The notes below the pieces were generated by a model. It saw only the letters and a list, made by a program, of their open reading frames with translations. It did not search any database and was not told the DNA's origin. Source: Acetobacteraceae bacterium H6797 (GTDB taxonomy: Bacteria; Pseudomonadota; Alphaproteobacteria; Acetobacterales; Acetobacteraceae). Taken from it: a DNA stretch of 32,000 bases. The translations under genes and the position numbers were made by a program. Every line of letters starts with the position of its first letter. Position 1 is the stretch's first letter. This document shows positions 1 to 7,015 of the stretch, in pieces. The stretch is taken from positions 1,047,639 through 1,079,638 of the forward strand of contig JADFCQ010000001.1 of assembly GCA_015223225.1 (NCBI GenBank), read 5' to 3'.

Positions 1-293
1 GTGGAGATCGAGCCCACCCGCAGCATGCCGCTCGGCTGGCCGAGCTGGGCGCGGTGCCGCAAATCCTCCACCCGCGCCAGCACCTCGCCCGCGGCCTCCA
101 GCACGGCCTGGCCGGCATTGGTCAGCACCAGTCCCCTGCCCCGCCGGATCAGCAGCGTGGCATTCAGCTCCCGCTCCAAAGCGCGGATCTGCTCGCTGAC
201 CGAGGCATTGGCGAGGTTCAGCCGCCGCGCGGCCGCGGCCAACGAGCCCGCCTCGGCCACGGCCCGGAAAGTGGCCAGGAAGCGCGTGTTCAT
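1..293 (-). CDS. LysR-family transcriptional regulator, N-terminal part (truncated by window edge)
   Basis: The reverse strand from ATG at 293 reads MNTRFLATFRAVAEAGSLAAAARRLNLASVSEQIRALERELNATLLIRRGRGLVLTNAGQAVLEAAGEVLARVEDL, a typical LysR N-terminal winged helix-turn-helix. The plus-strand ORF 1..306 is its antisense shadow. Confidence 0.85.
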   Translation of the reverse strand, partial: MNTRFLATFRAVAEAGSLAAAARRLNLANASVSEQIRALERELNATLLIRRGRGLVLTNAGQAVLEAAGEVLARVEDLRHRAQLGQPSGMLRVGSIS

Positions 294-313
294 GCCGCCA
301 GGATAAGCCGAAT

Positions 314-336
314 TTTCCGAATGATGAATCAGGAAA
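314..336. promoter_or_regulatory. Candidate operator (inverted repeat TTTCC-N13-GGAAA) between the divergent LysR gene and the DapA-family gene
   Basis: tttccgaatgatgaatcaggaaa lies in the ~110-bp divergent intergenic region, where LysR regulators usually bind. Confidence 0.35.
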
Positions 337-401
337 GGCCCGGCTATTCCTGCAGGCAGCGGGGCCTAACCTGTTCGCCACCAAATTGGAGGAACAATCG
401 A

Positions 402-1337
402 ATGTCGCTCAACACCGCCAAGGGCGTCTTCCCCATCGCGCCGACGCCTTTCCTCGATAACGGTGCCATCGACTTCGCCTCGATCGACAAGATGACCGAC
501 TTCTACCGCAAGGTCGGGTCGGACGGCATGACGGTGTTGGGCGTCATGGGCGAGGCGCCCAAGCTCGACGGCGCCGAGGCGCTCGAGATCGCCAAGCGCT
601 TCATCAAGCGCGGCGAGGGCCTGCCCGTGATCGTCGGCGTCTCGGCCCCGGGCTTCGCCGCCATGCGCGCCCTGGCCCGGGCCTCGATGGATGCGGGCGC
701 CGCCGGCGTCATGATCGCGCCGCCCAACACGCTCCGCACCGATGACCAGATCGCCAATTACTACCGCCAGGCGGTGGAAGCGATCGGCGAGGACGTGCCC
801 TTCTGCCTGCAGGACTTCCCGCTGACCTTCTCGGTCGTCATGACGCCGGGCGTCATCCGCCGCATCATCACCGAGAACCCCTCCTGCGTGATGGTGAAGC
901 ACGAGGATTGGCCGGGGCTGGAGAAGATCTCGCAAATCCGCAAATGGGAGGCCGAGGGCGTGCTGCGCCACGTCTCCATCCTTTGCGGCAATGGCGGCCT
1001 CTTCCTCGATTTCGAGGTGGAGCGCGGCTCCAACGGCGCCATGACGGGCTATGCCTTCCCCGATATGCTGGTGGACCTCGTGCGGCTCCAGGCCGAGGGC
1101 AAGCGCGACGAGGCGCATGACCTCTTCGACGCCCACCTGCCCCTGCTGCGCTACGAGCAGCAGCCGGTCGTGGGCCTGGCCATCCGCAAGTATGTCATGG
1201 CCCGCCGCGGCATCATCGCCTCCGACGTGCAGCGCAAGCCGGCCGTGCCGATGAGCGCCAAGGCGAAGGAGGAGGTCGAATATTTGCTGAAGCGCCTGGC
1301 GAAGTATGATTCGCGGGCGCTCGGGCGGATCGACTGA
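402..1337 (+). CDS. Dihydrodipicolinate synthase / N-acetylneuraminate lyase (DapA) family protein
   Basis: Strong RBS ggagga 8-13 nt upstream of ATG 402. The protein MSLNTAKGVFPIAPTPFLDNGAIDFASIDKMTDFYRKVGSDGMTVLGVMGEAPKL... has the DapA-family TIM-barrel N-terminus; the YY...FPL.. and MVKHE (Schiff-base Lys-like) region is present. The 54..401 part of the ORF is not credible coding sequence. Confidence 0.85.
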   Translation: MSLNTAKGVFPIAPTPFLDNGAIDFASIDKMTDFYRKVGSDGMTVLGVMGEAPKLDGAEALEIAKRFIKRGEGLPVIVGVSAPGFAAMRALARASMDAGAAGVMIAPPNTLRTDDQIANYYRQAVEAIGEDVPFCLQDFPLTFSVVMTPGVIRRIITENPSCVMVKHEDWPGLEKISQIRKWEAEGVLRHVSILCGNGGLFLDFEVERGSNGAMTGYAFPDMLVDLVRLQAEGKRDEAHDLFDAHLPLLRYEQQPVVGLAIRKYVMARRGIIASDVQRKPAVPMSAKAKEEVEYLLKRLAKYDSRALGRID

Positions 1338-1344
1338 GGCTCTA

Positions 1345-1541
1345 TGAGGGGCTCCGCCCCTCAAACTCAGACATCACCTGAGGGGCTCTGCCCCTCAAAC
1401 ACAGGCAGTTCACCTGAGGGGGCTCTGCCCCCTCAAACTCCCCGGGCAGGGGGTACGACCCCCTGCACCGCGATCAATTGGCGGGTTTCCAAAGGCCTCA
1501 GGCCTTTGGTGGGGGTGAAGGGCGGGCAAAGCCCCCTTCCG
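1345..1541 (+). repeat. Composite hairpin repeat, left arm: three tandem TGAGGGG(G)CTCTGC(C)CCCTCAAAC hairpins followed by a ~125-bp core
   Basis: Hairpin copies start at 1345, 1379 and 1415. The core is ctccccgggcagggggtacgaccccctgcaccgcgatcaa...ccaaaggcctcaggcctttggtgggggt...ggcaaagccccctt. It matches the reverse complement of 2361..2557. Confidence 0.9.
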
Positions 1542-1566
1542 CACAGCACAGACAAGGAAGACACCC

Positions 1567-2352
1567 ATGGATTTCGGTTTGAAGAACCGCCCCGCCCTCG
1601 TGCTCGGCGGCGGCAGTGGCCTCGGCCGCGCCATCGCCATCTCGCTCGGCCGCGAAGGCGCCTCGGTGGTCGTCGCCGGTCGGCATGCCGAAACGCTGGA
1701 AGAGACGAAGAAGGCCGTGGAGGCCGTGGGCGGCAAGGCCCACGCCATCGTCTGGGACCTGGCGGACCTCGCCAGCATCGATGGCCATGTCAGCGAGATC
1801 GAGCAGGTCTTCGGGCCGGTGCAGATCCTGGTGAACAACACGGGCGGCCCGCCGCCCACGCCGGTCTCGGGCCAGGATATCGCCCTGTGGCAGAAGAATT
1901 TCGAGATGATGGTGCTCTCGGTCATCGCCATTACTGACCGGGTGCTGCCGGGGATGAAGGCGGCCAAATGGGGCCGCATCATCACCAGCACCTCCTCCGG
2001 CGTGGTCGCGCCCATCCCGAATCTCGGCCTGTCGAACGCGCTGCGCATGACGCTCGTGGGCTGGTCCAAGACGCTGGCGCGTGAAGTCGGGCGCGACGGG
2101 ATCACGGCGAATATCGTGCTGCCGGGGCGCGTGGCGACCTCGCGCATCCAGTTCCTGGACGAGCAGAAGGCCAAGCGCGAGGGGCGGCCCGTGGAAGAGG
2201 TGACGAAGGAGAGCACCGGCGCCATCCCCGCCGGGCGCTACGGCCGGCCGGAGGAATATGGCGATACGGTCGCCTTCCTCGCGAGCCAGCAGGCGTCCTA
2301 CATCAATGGCTCGACCATCCGGGTGGATGGCGGGTTTATCGCCAGCGTCTGA
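1567..2352 (+). CDS. SDR-family NAD(P)-dependent oxidoreductase
   Basis: 261-aa ORF with Rossmann motif GGGSGLGR, NNTGG, a catalytic-region serine-rich stretch (STSSGVV), SNALRMTLVGWSKTLAREVGRDGITANIVLPGRV and a C-terminal INGSTIRVDGG. Confidence 0.9.
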   Translation: MDFGLKNRPALVLGGGSGLGRAIAISLGREGASVVVAGRHAETLEETKKAVEAVGGKAHAIVWDLADLASIDGHVSEIEQVFGPVQILVNNTGGPPPTPVSGQDIALWQKNFEMMVLSVIAITDRVLPGMKAAKWGRIITSTSSGVVAPIPNLGLSNALRMTLVGWSKTLAREVGRDGITANIVLPGRVATSRIQFLDEQKAKREGRPVEEVTKESTGAIPAGRYGRPEEYGDTVAFLASQQASYINGSTIRVDGGFIASV

Positions 2353-2360
2353 CAGAATGA

Positions 2361-2557
2361 AGGGGGCTTTGCCCCCTTGACCCCCACCAAAGGCCTGAGG
2401 CCTTTGGGAACCCGTTACTTGGTGATCGCGGTGCAGGGGGTCGTACCTCCTGCCCGGGGAGTTTGAGGGGGCAGAGCCCCCTCAAGGACAGGGCCGAGTT
2501 TGAGGGGGCAGAGCCCCCTCAAGGACAGGGCCGAGTTTGGGGGGCAGAGCCCCTCAA
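2361..2557 (-). repeat. Composite hairpin repeat, right arm (inverted orientation relative to 1345..1541)
   Basis: agggggctttgcccccttgacccccaccaaaggcctgaggcctttgg...gcggtgcagggggtcgtacctcctgcccggggagtttgagggggcagagccccctcaa is the reverse complement of the left arm, with a few mismatches and a small indel-rich patch in the middle. Confidence 0.9.
2461..2557. repeat. 37-bp tandem repeat (2.6 copies): gtttgagggggcagagccccctcaaggacagggccga
   Basis: Exact copies at 2461-2497 and 2498-2534, and a partial, slightly diverged copy at 2535-2557. Each copy contains a 9-bp stem / 3-nt loop hairpin (tgagggggc-aga-gccccctca); the partial third copy is shortened. Confidence 0.9.
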
Positions 2558-3333
2558 GCCCTCTCGCCCCGCTTCAACAGGCCGACCACGGCCAGCAGGG
2601 CGATGGACAGAAGCACCATCACCGCCGCCGCCGCGATCACGGTGAGGCTGACCTGGTCGTTTAGCCCCGAAAACATCTGCCGCGGCAGGGTGCGCTGCGC
2701 CGGGCCGGCGAGGAAGAGCGCCACCACCACCTCGTCGAGCGAGGTGGCGAAGGCGAAGACGGCCCCCGCCGCCACCCCCGGCATGATGCGCGGCAGGCAG
2801 ATGCGGAAGAAGGCGCGCTGCGGGGTGCAGCCGCAGCTCGCCGCCGCGCGCAGCAGCACCGGGTCGAATTGCGAGAGCGCCGCGAGCACCGTCGTCACCA
2901 CGAAAGGCGCGCCGAGGGCGGCATGGGCGATGATCAGGCCCGGGAAGGAGCTGGTCAGCCCCAGCGGCCCGAAGGCCAGCAGCATGGCGACCGCCACAAC
3001 GATCGAGGGCACCACCATCGGCGCCATCACAACGCCCATGATCAGCATTCGCCCCGGCACCCGGCCGCGCCAGAGGCCGAAGGCCGCAAGCGTGCCCAGA
3101 GAGGTGGCCAGCAGGGCGGCGGAGATGCCGACGATCATCGAATTCCGCAGCGCCGGCAGCCAGAAATCCGAGGTGAAGAAATCGGCATACCAGCGCCAGG
3201 AAAGCCCCGGCAGCGGATAATAGAGGAAGGAGCCCGAGGAGACGGAAAGCGGCAGGATCACCACCACGGGCGCCAGCAGAAAGAGAATGGCGATGAGGCC
3301 GAAGGCCCACAGAAAGATGCGCCCCGCCCTCAT
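2554..3333 (-). CDS. ABC transporter permease (PotI/PotC-like, spermidine/putrescine-type family)
   Basis: MRAGRIFLWAFGLIAILFLLAPVVVILPLSVSSGSFLYYPLPGLSWRWYADFF... is followed by an EAA-loop-like segment RAAASCGCTPQRAFFRICLPRIMPG. The start overlaps the upstream permease stop (ATGA). Confidence 0.85.
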   Translation of the reverse strand: MRAGRIFLWAFGLIAILFLLAPVVVILPLSVSSGSFLYYPLPGLSWRWYADFFTSDFWLPALRNSMIVGISAALLATSLGTLAAFGLWRGRVPGRMLIMGVVMAPMVVPSIVVAVAMLLAFGPLGLTSSFPGLIIAHAALGAPFVVTTVLAALSQFDPVLLRAAASCGCTPQRAFFRICLPRIMPGVAAGAVFAFATSLDEVVVALFLAGPAQRTLPRQMFSGLNDQVSLTVIAAAAVMVLLSIALLAVVGLLKRGERA

Positions 3334-4526
3334 GCCGTGCGCACCTTGTCGAAGCCGACGAGCTTTCCGTAGAGCCCGACCACCAGGGCCACCGAGGCCA
3401 GCAACAGCACCGAGAGCGCGGCGGCCATGCCCCAATTCACCGAGCGCGTGGCGAAGAAGCCGACGAACCAGGAGAGCATCTGGTCATTGGGCCCGCCCAG
3501 CAGCGCGGGGGTGACGTAGAAGCCCAGCGCCTGGATGAAGACCAGCAGCGCCCCCGCCCCCAGCCCCGGCAGGGACAGCGGCAGGGTGACGCGCCAGAAA
3601 GTCAGCATCGGCGCCGCACCCAGCGAGGAGGCGGCACGCGGCAGGCGCCAGTCGAGCTGCTTCAGCGTGGCGTAGATGGGCAGCACCGCGAAGGGCAGCA
3701 GGATATGCACCATGGCCAGCAGCACGGCGAAGCGGTTGAAGAGCAGCGGCAGCGGCCCGTCGATCAGCCCCATGCCGGAAAGGGCCGAATTCACCACGCC
3801 CTCACGCTGCAGCAGCACCACCCAGGCGGCGGAACGCACGACGAGGCTGGTCCAGAAAGGCAGCAGGACGCCGGCCAGCAGCCAGGGCGCGATGCGCGGC
3901 GAGGCGGTGGCGATCAGCCAGGCCAGGGGATAGGCCACCAGCAGGCAGATGAGCGTCGCCGAAACCGCGATCCAGAGCGTGCGCAACAGGATGGCGCGGA
4001 ACACCTGCTGGTCGGGAGGGGCGAGTTTGACGGAGCCCGTGGCGTCGCGCTTCAGGTCGAGCGCGGCGAGGAGATGGAAATCGGTGAAAGGGCCGGCGGC
4101 GCGGCGGATGGCGCCCCAGGTTTCGATCTGGTTCCATTCCGGCCCGGCCGCGAGCACCGCGGGCATGACCGGACCATCGCTGGCACGCGCGAGACGGCGA
4201 GCGGTGGCCGGCAGCAGCCCGCGCATGCCGGGGATATCGGCATTAAGCCGGGTCGCCGCGCGAGCCAGTTCGCCGGAACCCGTCTCCTGGTCGCGGGCCC
4301 GCGCGATGCGCAGATCCTCGGCCAGGGCGGCGAAGACGGGCTCGCCCGGCAGGGCCTTGCCGTCCCAATCGGCCAGGGCCGCGATGGTGCGCGGCAGGAC
4401 GGGCGCGACATCCGTGTCGCCCACCGCGCGCCAGAGGAAGACGCCGATGGGGGCAGCGAAGCTCAGCAGCAGGAAAATGAGCAGTGGCGCCACGAGCGCC
4501 ACTGCCGTCCAGGACGGGCGCTTCAC
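3330..4526 (-). CDS. ABC transporter permease (PotH/PotB-like)
   Basis: 398 aa, GTG start. It has multiple TM segments and the EAA-like RAASSLGAAPMLTFWRVTLPLSLPGLGAG. Confidence 0.85.
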   Translation of the reverse strand: MKRPSWTAVALVAPLLIFLLLSFAAPIGVFLWRAVGDTDVAPVLPRTIAALADWDGKALPGEPVFAALAEDLRIARARDQETGSGELARAATRLNADIPGMRGLLPATARRLARASDGPVMPAVLAAGPEWNQIETWGAIRRAAGPFTDFHLLAALDLKRDATGSVKLAPPDQQVFRAILLRTLWIAVSATLICLLVAYPLAWLIATASPRIAPWLLAGVLLPFWTSLVVRSAAWVVLLQREGVVNSALSGMGLIDGPLPLLFNRFAVLLAMVHILLPFAVLPIYATLKQLDWRLPRAASSLGAAPMLTFWRVTLPLSLPGLGAGALLVFIQALGFYVTPALLGGPNDQMLSWFVGFFATRSVNWGMAAALSVLLLASVALVVGLYGKLVGFDKVRTA

Positions 4527-4528
4527 GA

Positions 4529-5572
4529 TCAGCGCGAGACCCAGTTGTTGAAGCGCTGCGTGAGCTTGTCGAGATTGTCGAGCCAGAACTGGTCGTCGAT
4601 CTGCACGGCGCTGGCGCTATTGGCGGGCGCCGTCGGCAGCTCAGGCAGGACATTGGCCGGGACGTGGTCATTGGCCGAAACGGCCGTCACGCCATAGGGA
4701 ATGCGCGCGGTGAGCCCGGCCTGGACCTGGGGCTGGCCGGCGAATTTCAGGTAATCGAGCGCGAGCTGCCGGTTGGGGCTGCCCTTCATGATCACCCAGC
4801 TGTCGAGCGTGTAGAGATTGCCCTGCCAGACCATGCCGAAATTCCGGCCGTCATTGGCATTGGCGGCGCTGATGCGGCCGTTATAGGCGTCGGTCATCAC
4901 CACTTCGCCGCTGGCGAGCCATTGCGCGGGCTGGCTGCCGCGCTCCCACCAGACGAGATCGCCCTTGATGCTGTCGAGCTTGCGGAAGGCGCGATCGACG
5001 CCGGCCTCGGTGGCCAGCACCTTGTAGACATCGGCGGGGGCCACGCCATCGGCCATCAGGGCGATCTCCAGCGTGGTCTTCGGGCCGCGGCGCAGGCCGC
5101 GCTTACCGGGGTATTTCGTCGTGTCGAAGAAATCGGCCCAGCTCGTCGGCGCGTTGGGCGTGCGGTTCTTGTCGTAGGCCAGGACGAAGGAATAGAGGAT
5201 CGCGCCCACGCCGCATTCGCTCACGGCCTGGGGAATGTAGTTCTGGCGGCCGCCGATGGCCGCGAAATCCATTTTCTCGAAGAGACCCTCGTCGCAGCCG
5301 ATGGCCAGCTCCTCGCTCTCGACCTGCACCAGGTCCCAGTTATTAGCGCCGGACTGGATCTTGGCGCGGAGCACGCCGATGCCGCCGTCCCAGGTTTCCT
5401 CCAGCATGCGATTGCCCGACTGCGCCATCCAGGGGCGGAAGAAGACATCGCGCTGCGCGTCCTGATAAGCACCACCCCAGGAGGTGATGGTGAGGCTGCG
5501 CTGCTGCGCGGAAGCCGCGCCGGCGCCGAGGGCGAGCAGCGCCGCGGTGGCGAGAATGGTGCGTCGGAACAT
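4529..5572 (-). CDS. ABC transporter extracellular solute-binding protein (PotD-like)
   Basis: The start at 5572 gives signal peptide MFRRTILATAALLALGAGAASAQQRSLTITSWGGAYQDAQRDVFFRPW..., preceded by a GGAGG RBS. The ORF caller's extension to 5860 overlaps the divergent promoter region. Confidence 0.85.
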   Translation of the reverse strand: MFRRTILATAALLALGAGAASAQQRSLTITSWGGAYQDAQRDVFFRPWMAQSGNRMLEETWDGGIGVLRAKIQSGANNWDLVQVESEELAIGCDEGLFEKMDFAAIGGRQNYIPQAVSECGVGAILYSFVLAYDKNRTPNAPTSWADFFDTTKYPGKRGLRRGPKTTLEIALMADGVAPADVYKVLATEAGVDRAFRKLDSIKGDLVWWERGSQPAQWLASGEVVMTDAYNGRISAANANDGRNFGMVWQGNLYTLDSWVIMKGSPNRQLALDYLKFAGQPQVQAGLTARIPYGVTAVSANDHVPANVLPELPTAPANSASAVQIDDQFWLDNLDKLTQRFNNWVSR

Positions 5573-5694
5573 TGCGAAGAGCCTCCGAATTTTGGTGAGG
5601 CCGAGCTTGGCCAATTTTCCCCGCCGCGTGCAGCCGGAAAACGACGCATTGGCCGCTGAGGGCGGCTCGCCGGCTGTGGCCGGGTGGCATTGAA

Positions 5695-5713
5695 ATTGAG
5701 AGCCATTCGCATT
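5695..5713 (+). promoter_or_regulatory. Candidate Fur box upstream of the fhuF-like gene
   Basis: ATTGAGAGCCATTCGCATT matches the idealised Fur box AATGAGAATCATTCTCATT at 15/19 positions by manual comparison. It lies ~33 nt upstream of ATG 5746 and next to a TTGAAA -35-like element at 5690-5695. Confidence 0.6.
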
Positions 5714-5745
5714 AGTTCTCGCACAATGCAGTATCGGCCCCACCC

Positions 5746-6501
5746 ATGATCGAGGCCTTGGCCCCGGTCTTCGCCGGCCCGCTCGATTTCGCCAGGCACT
5801 GGCTGGAATTGGCCGAGGCGCCTGAGCCCCTGCCCCGGCGGCCGATTGCCCTCTCGACACTGCTCGAGGAAGAGGTGCAGCGGCCGCTCATGGCCCGGCA
5901 TGAGGCGCGCTATCCGGGCGGCGACCGCCGGGCGGCGCTGTCCATGTGGACGCAATACTACTGCGCCCAATACCTCCTCTCCCATCTCGGCGCCTGGCTA
6001 CTGCTGGGGCGGATGCTGCCCTTCCGGCCCGATGACATTGCCGTGCTGGTGCTGGAGGATGGGACGCCGGATGGCTTCCGCCTGCCGCATCTCGGCGCGG
6101 TGGCCGAGGGGCCGGTGGATCTGGAGCCGCTGATCCGCGAGCATCTGGCGCCGCTCTTTCAGTCGCTGCAGCGGCATCACCGCATCGCGCCGCGCGTGCT
6201 CTGGACCAATGCGGCCGTGCGCGTCTCGGCGGCGCTGAACCTGGCGCGCCAGCAGCCTGACGTGCCGCCGTTGCGCCTGCTGGAGGCCGAGGCGCTGCTG
6301 GCCAAGCCGTGCTGGCGCGACGGCAGCCCTAATCCGCTGCATGGCACGCAGTCGCGCGTGGAAGTCGAGGGGGAAATGGTGCTGCGCCGGCGCGTCTGCT
6401 GCCTGCGCTACATGTTGCCCGGCATCGCGGGCTGTGGAGCGACCTGCCCCATAAAAGAGGGGCAGTCGGCTAAGCCGCTGCCCCTTCTTAAGTCAGCATG
6501 A
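5746..6501 (+). CDS. fhuF: Siderophore-iron reductase FhuF-like protein
   Basis: The C-terminal RRRVCCLRYMLPGIAGCGATCP resembles the FhuF [2Fe-2S] cysteine cluster. Upstream sequence is FhuF-like (WTNAAVR...), and a Fur-box-like site precedes it. Confidence 0.8.
   Translation: MIEALAPVFAGPLDFARHWLELAEAPEPLPRRPIALSTLLEEEVQRPLMARHEARYPGGDRRAALSMWTQYYCAQYLLSHLGAWLLLGRMLPFRPDDIAVLVLEDGTPDGFRLPHLGAVAEGPVDLEPLIREHLAPLFQSLQRHHRIAPRVLWTNAAVRVSAALNLARQQPDVPPLRLLEAEALLAKPCWRDGSPNPLHGTQSRVEVEGEMVLRRRVCCLRYMLPGIAGCGATCPIKEGQSAKPLPLLKSA
6456..6489. terminator. Rho-independent terminator-like hairpin (strong on minus strand for the rplQ operon; likely also used by fhuF)
   Basis: ggggcag-t-cggc-taa-gccg-ctgcccc. 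On the minus strand the hairpin is followed by TCTTTTAT, and on the plus strand by TTCTTAA. Confidence 0.75.
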
Positions 6502-6506
6502 GCTGG

Positions 6507-6526
6507 TTGATCCCGTCAGGGATCAA
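6507..6526. other. Short perfect hairpin overlapping the rplQ stop codon
   Basis: ttgatccc-gtca-gggatcaa (8-bp stem, 4-nt loop) in the convergent fhuF/rplQ junction. Confidence 0.6.
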
Positions 6527-6954
6527 GCCGCCGGCTGTTCACCCTCAGCGGTCTCGACGACCTGCTTCGGACCGCTGTCCAGGCCCTTAGCGGAGACATC
6601 GCGCTCGACGAGCTCGATGACAGCCATGGAAGCCGCGTCGCCATAGCGGACGCCGGCCTTCAGGACGCGGGTGTAACCACCGTTGCGCTCTTTGTAGCGC
6701 TCAGCAATGGTCGTGAAGAGCTTGTCCACGATCTTCGGATCGCGCACCTGAGCCAGAGCCTGCCGGCGGGCATGGAGGCCACCGCGCTTGCCGAGCGTAA
6801 TGATACGCTCGACATACGGGCGGAGTTCCTTCGCCTTGGGAAGGGTGGTGGTGATCTGCTCGTGCTTCAGGAGGCTCGTCGCCATGCTGCGCAGCATCGC
6901 CAGACGGTGGCTGGCGGTGACGTTCAGCTTGCGGCCTGCAACGCCGTGACGCAT
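6523..6954 (-). CDS. rplQ: 50S ribosomal protein L17
   Basis: [58 protein letters not shown]..., directly downstream of rpoA. Confidence 0.98.
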   Translation of the reverse strand: MRHGVAGRKLNVTASHRLAMLRSMATSLLKHEQITTTLPKAKELRPYVERIITLGKRGGLHARRQALAQVRDPKIVDKLFTTIAERYKERNGGYTRVLKAGVRYGDAASMAVIELVERDVSAKGLDSGPKQVVETAEGEQPAA

Positions 6955-7015
6955 TTTTCTGTTCCTTCAGTTCTTCACCGGGCGGGCCAGATCGCTCGCT
7001 GGCCCACCGCCCGGG

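Noticed and set aside
54-401. N-terminal extension of the DapA-family ORF
   Set aside because: This segment is antisense to the LysR N-terminus and the intergenic region. The conserved protein start at 402 has a ggagga RBS.
1410-2225. 271-aa minus-strand ORF opposite the SDR gene
   Set aside because: Antisense shadow of a clear SDR protein, extending into the repeat arm; no credible protein features.
1345-2557. Possible CRISPR array or transposon from regularly spaced repeats
   Set aside because: Only 3 hairpin units per side, with 37-bp or 34-36-bp periods and no unique 30-bp spacers. No cas gene, transposase or target-site duplication was seen. A hairpin/REP-like composite repeat fits better.
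5573-5860. N-terminal extension of the solute-binding protein ORF
   Set aside because: It would overlap the divergent promoter and the fhuF coding sequence. A canonical signal peptide begins at 5572.
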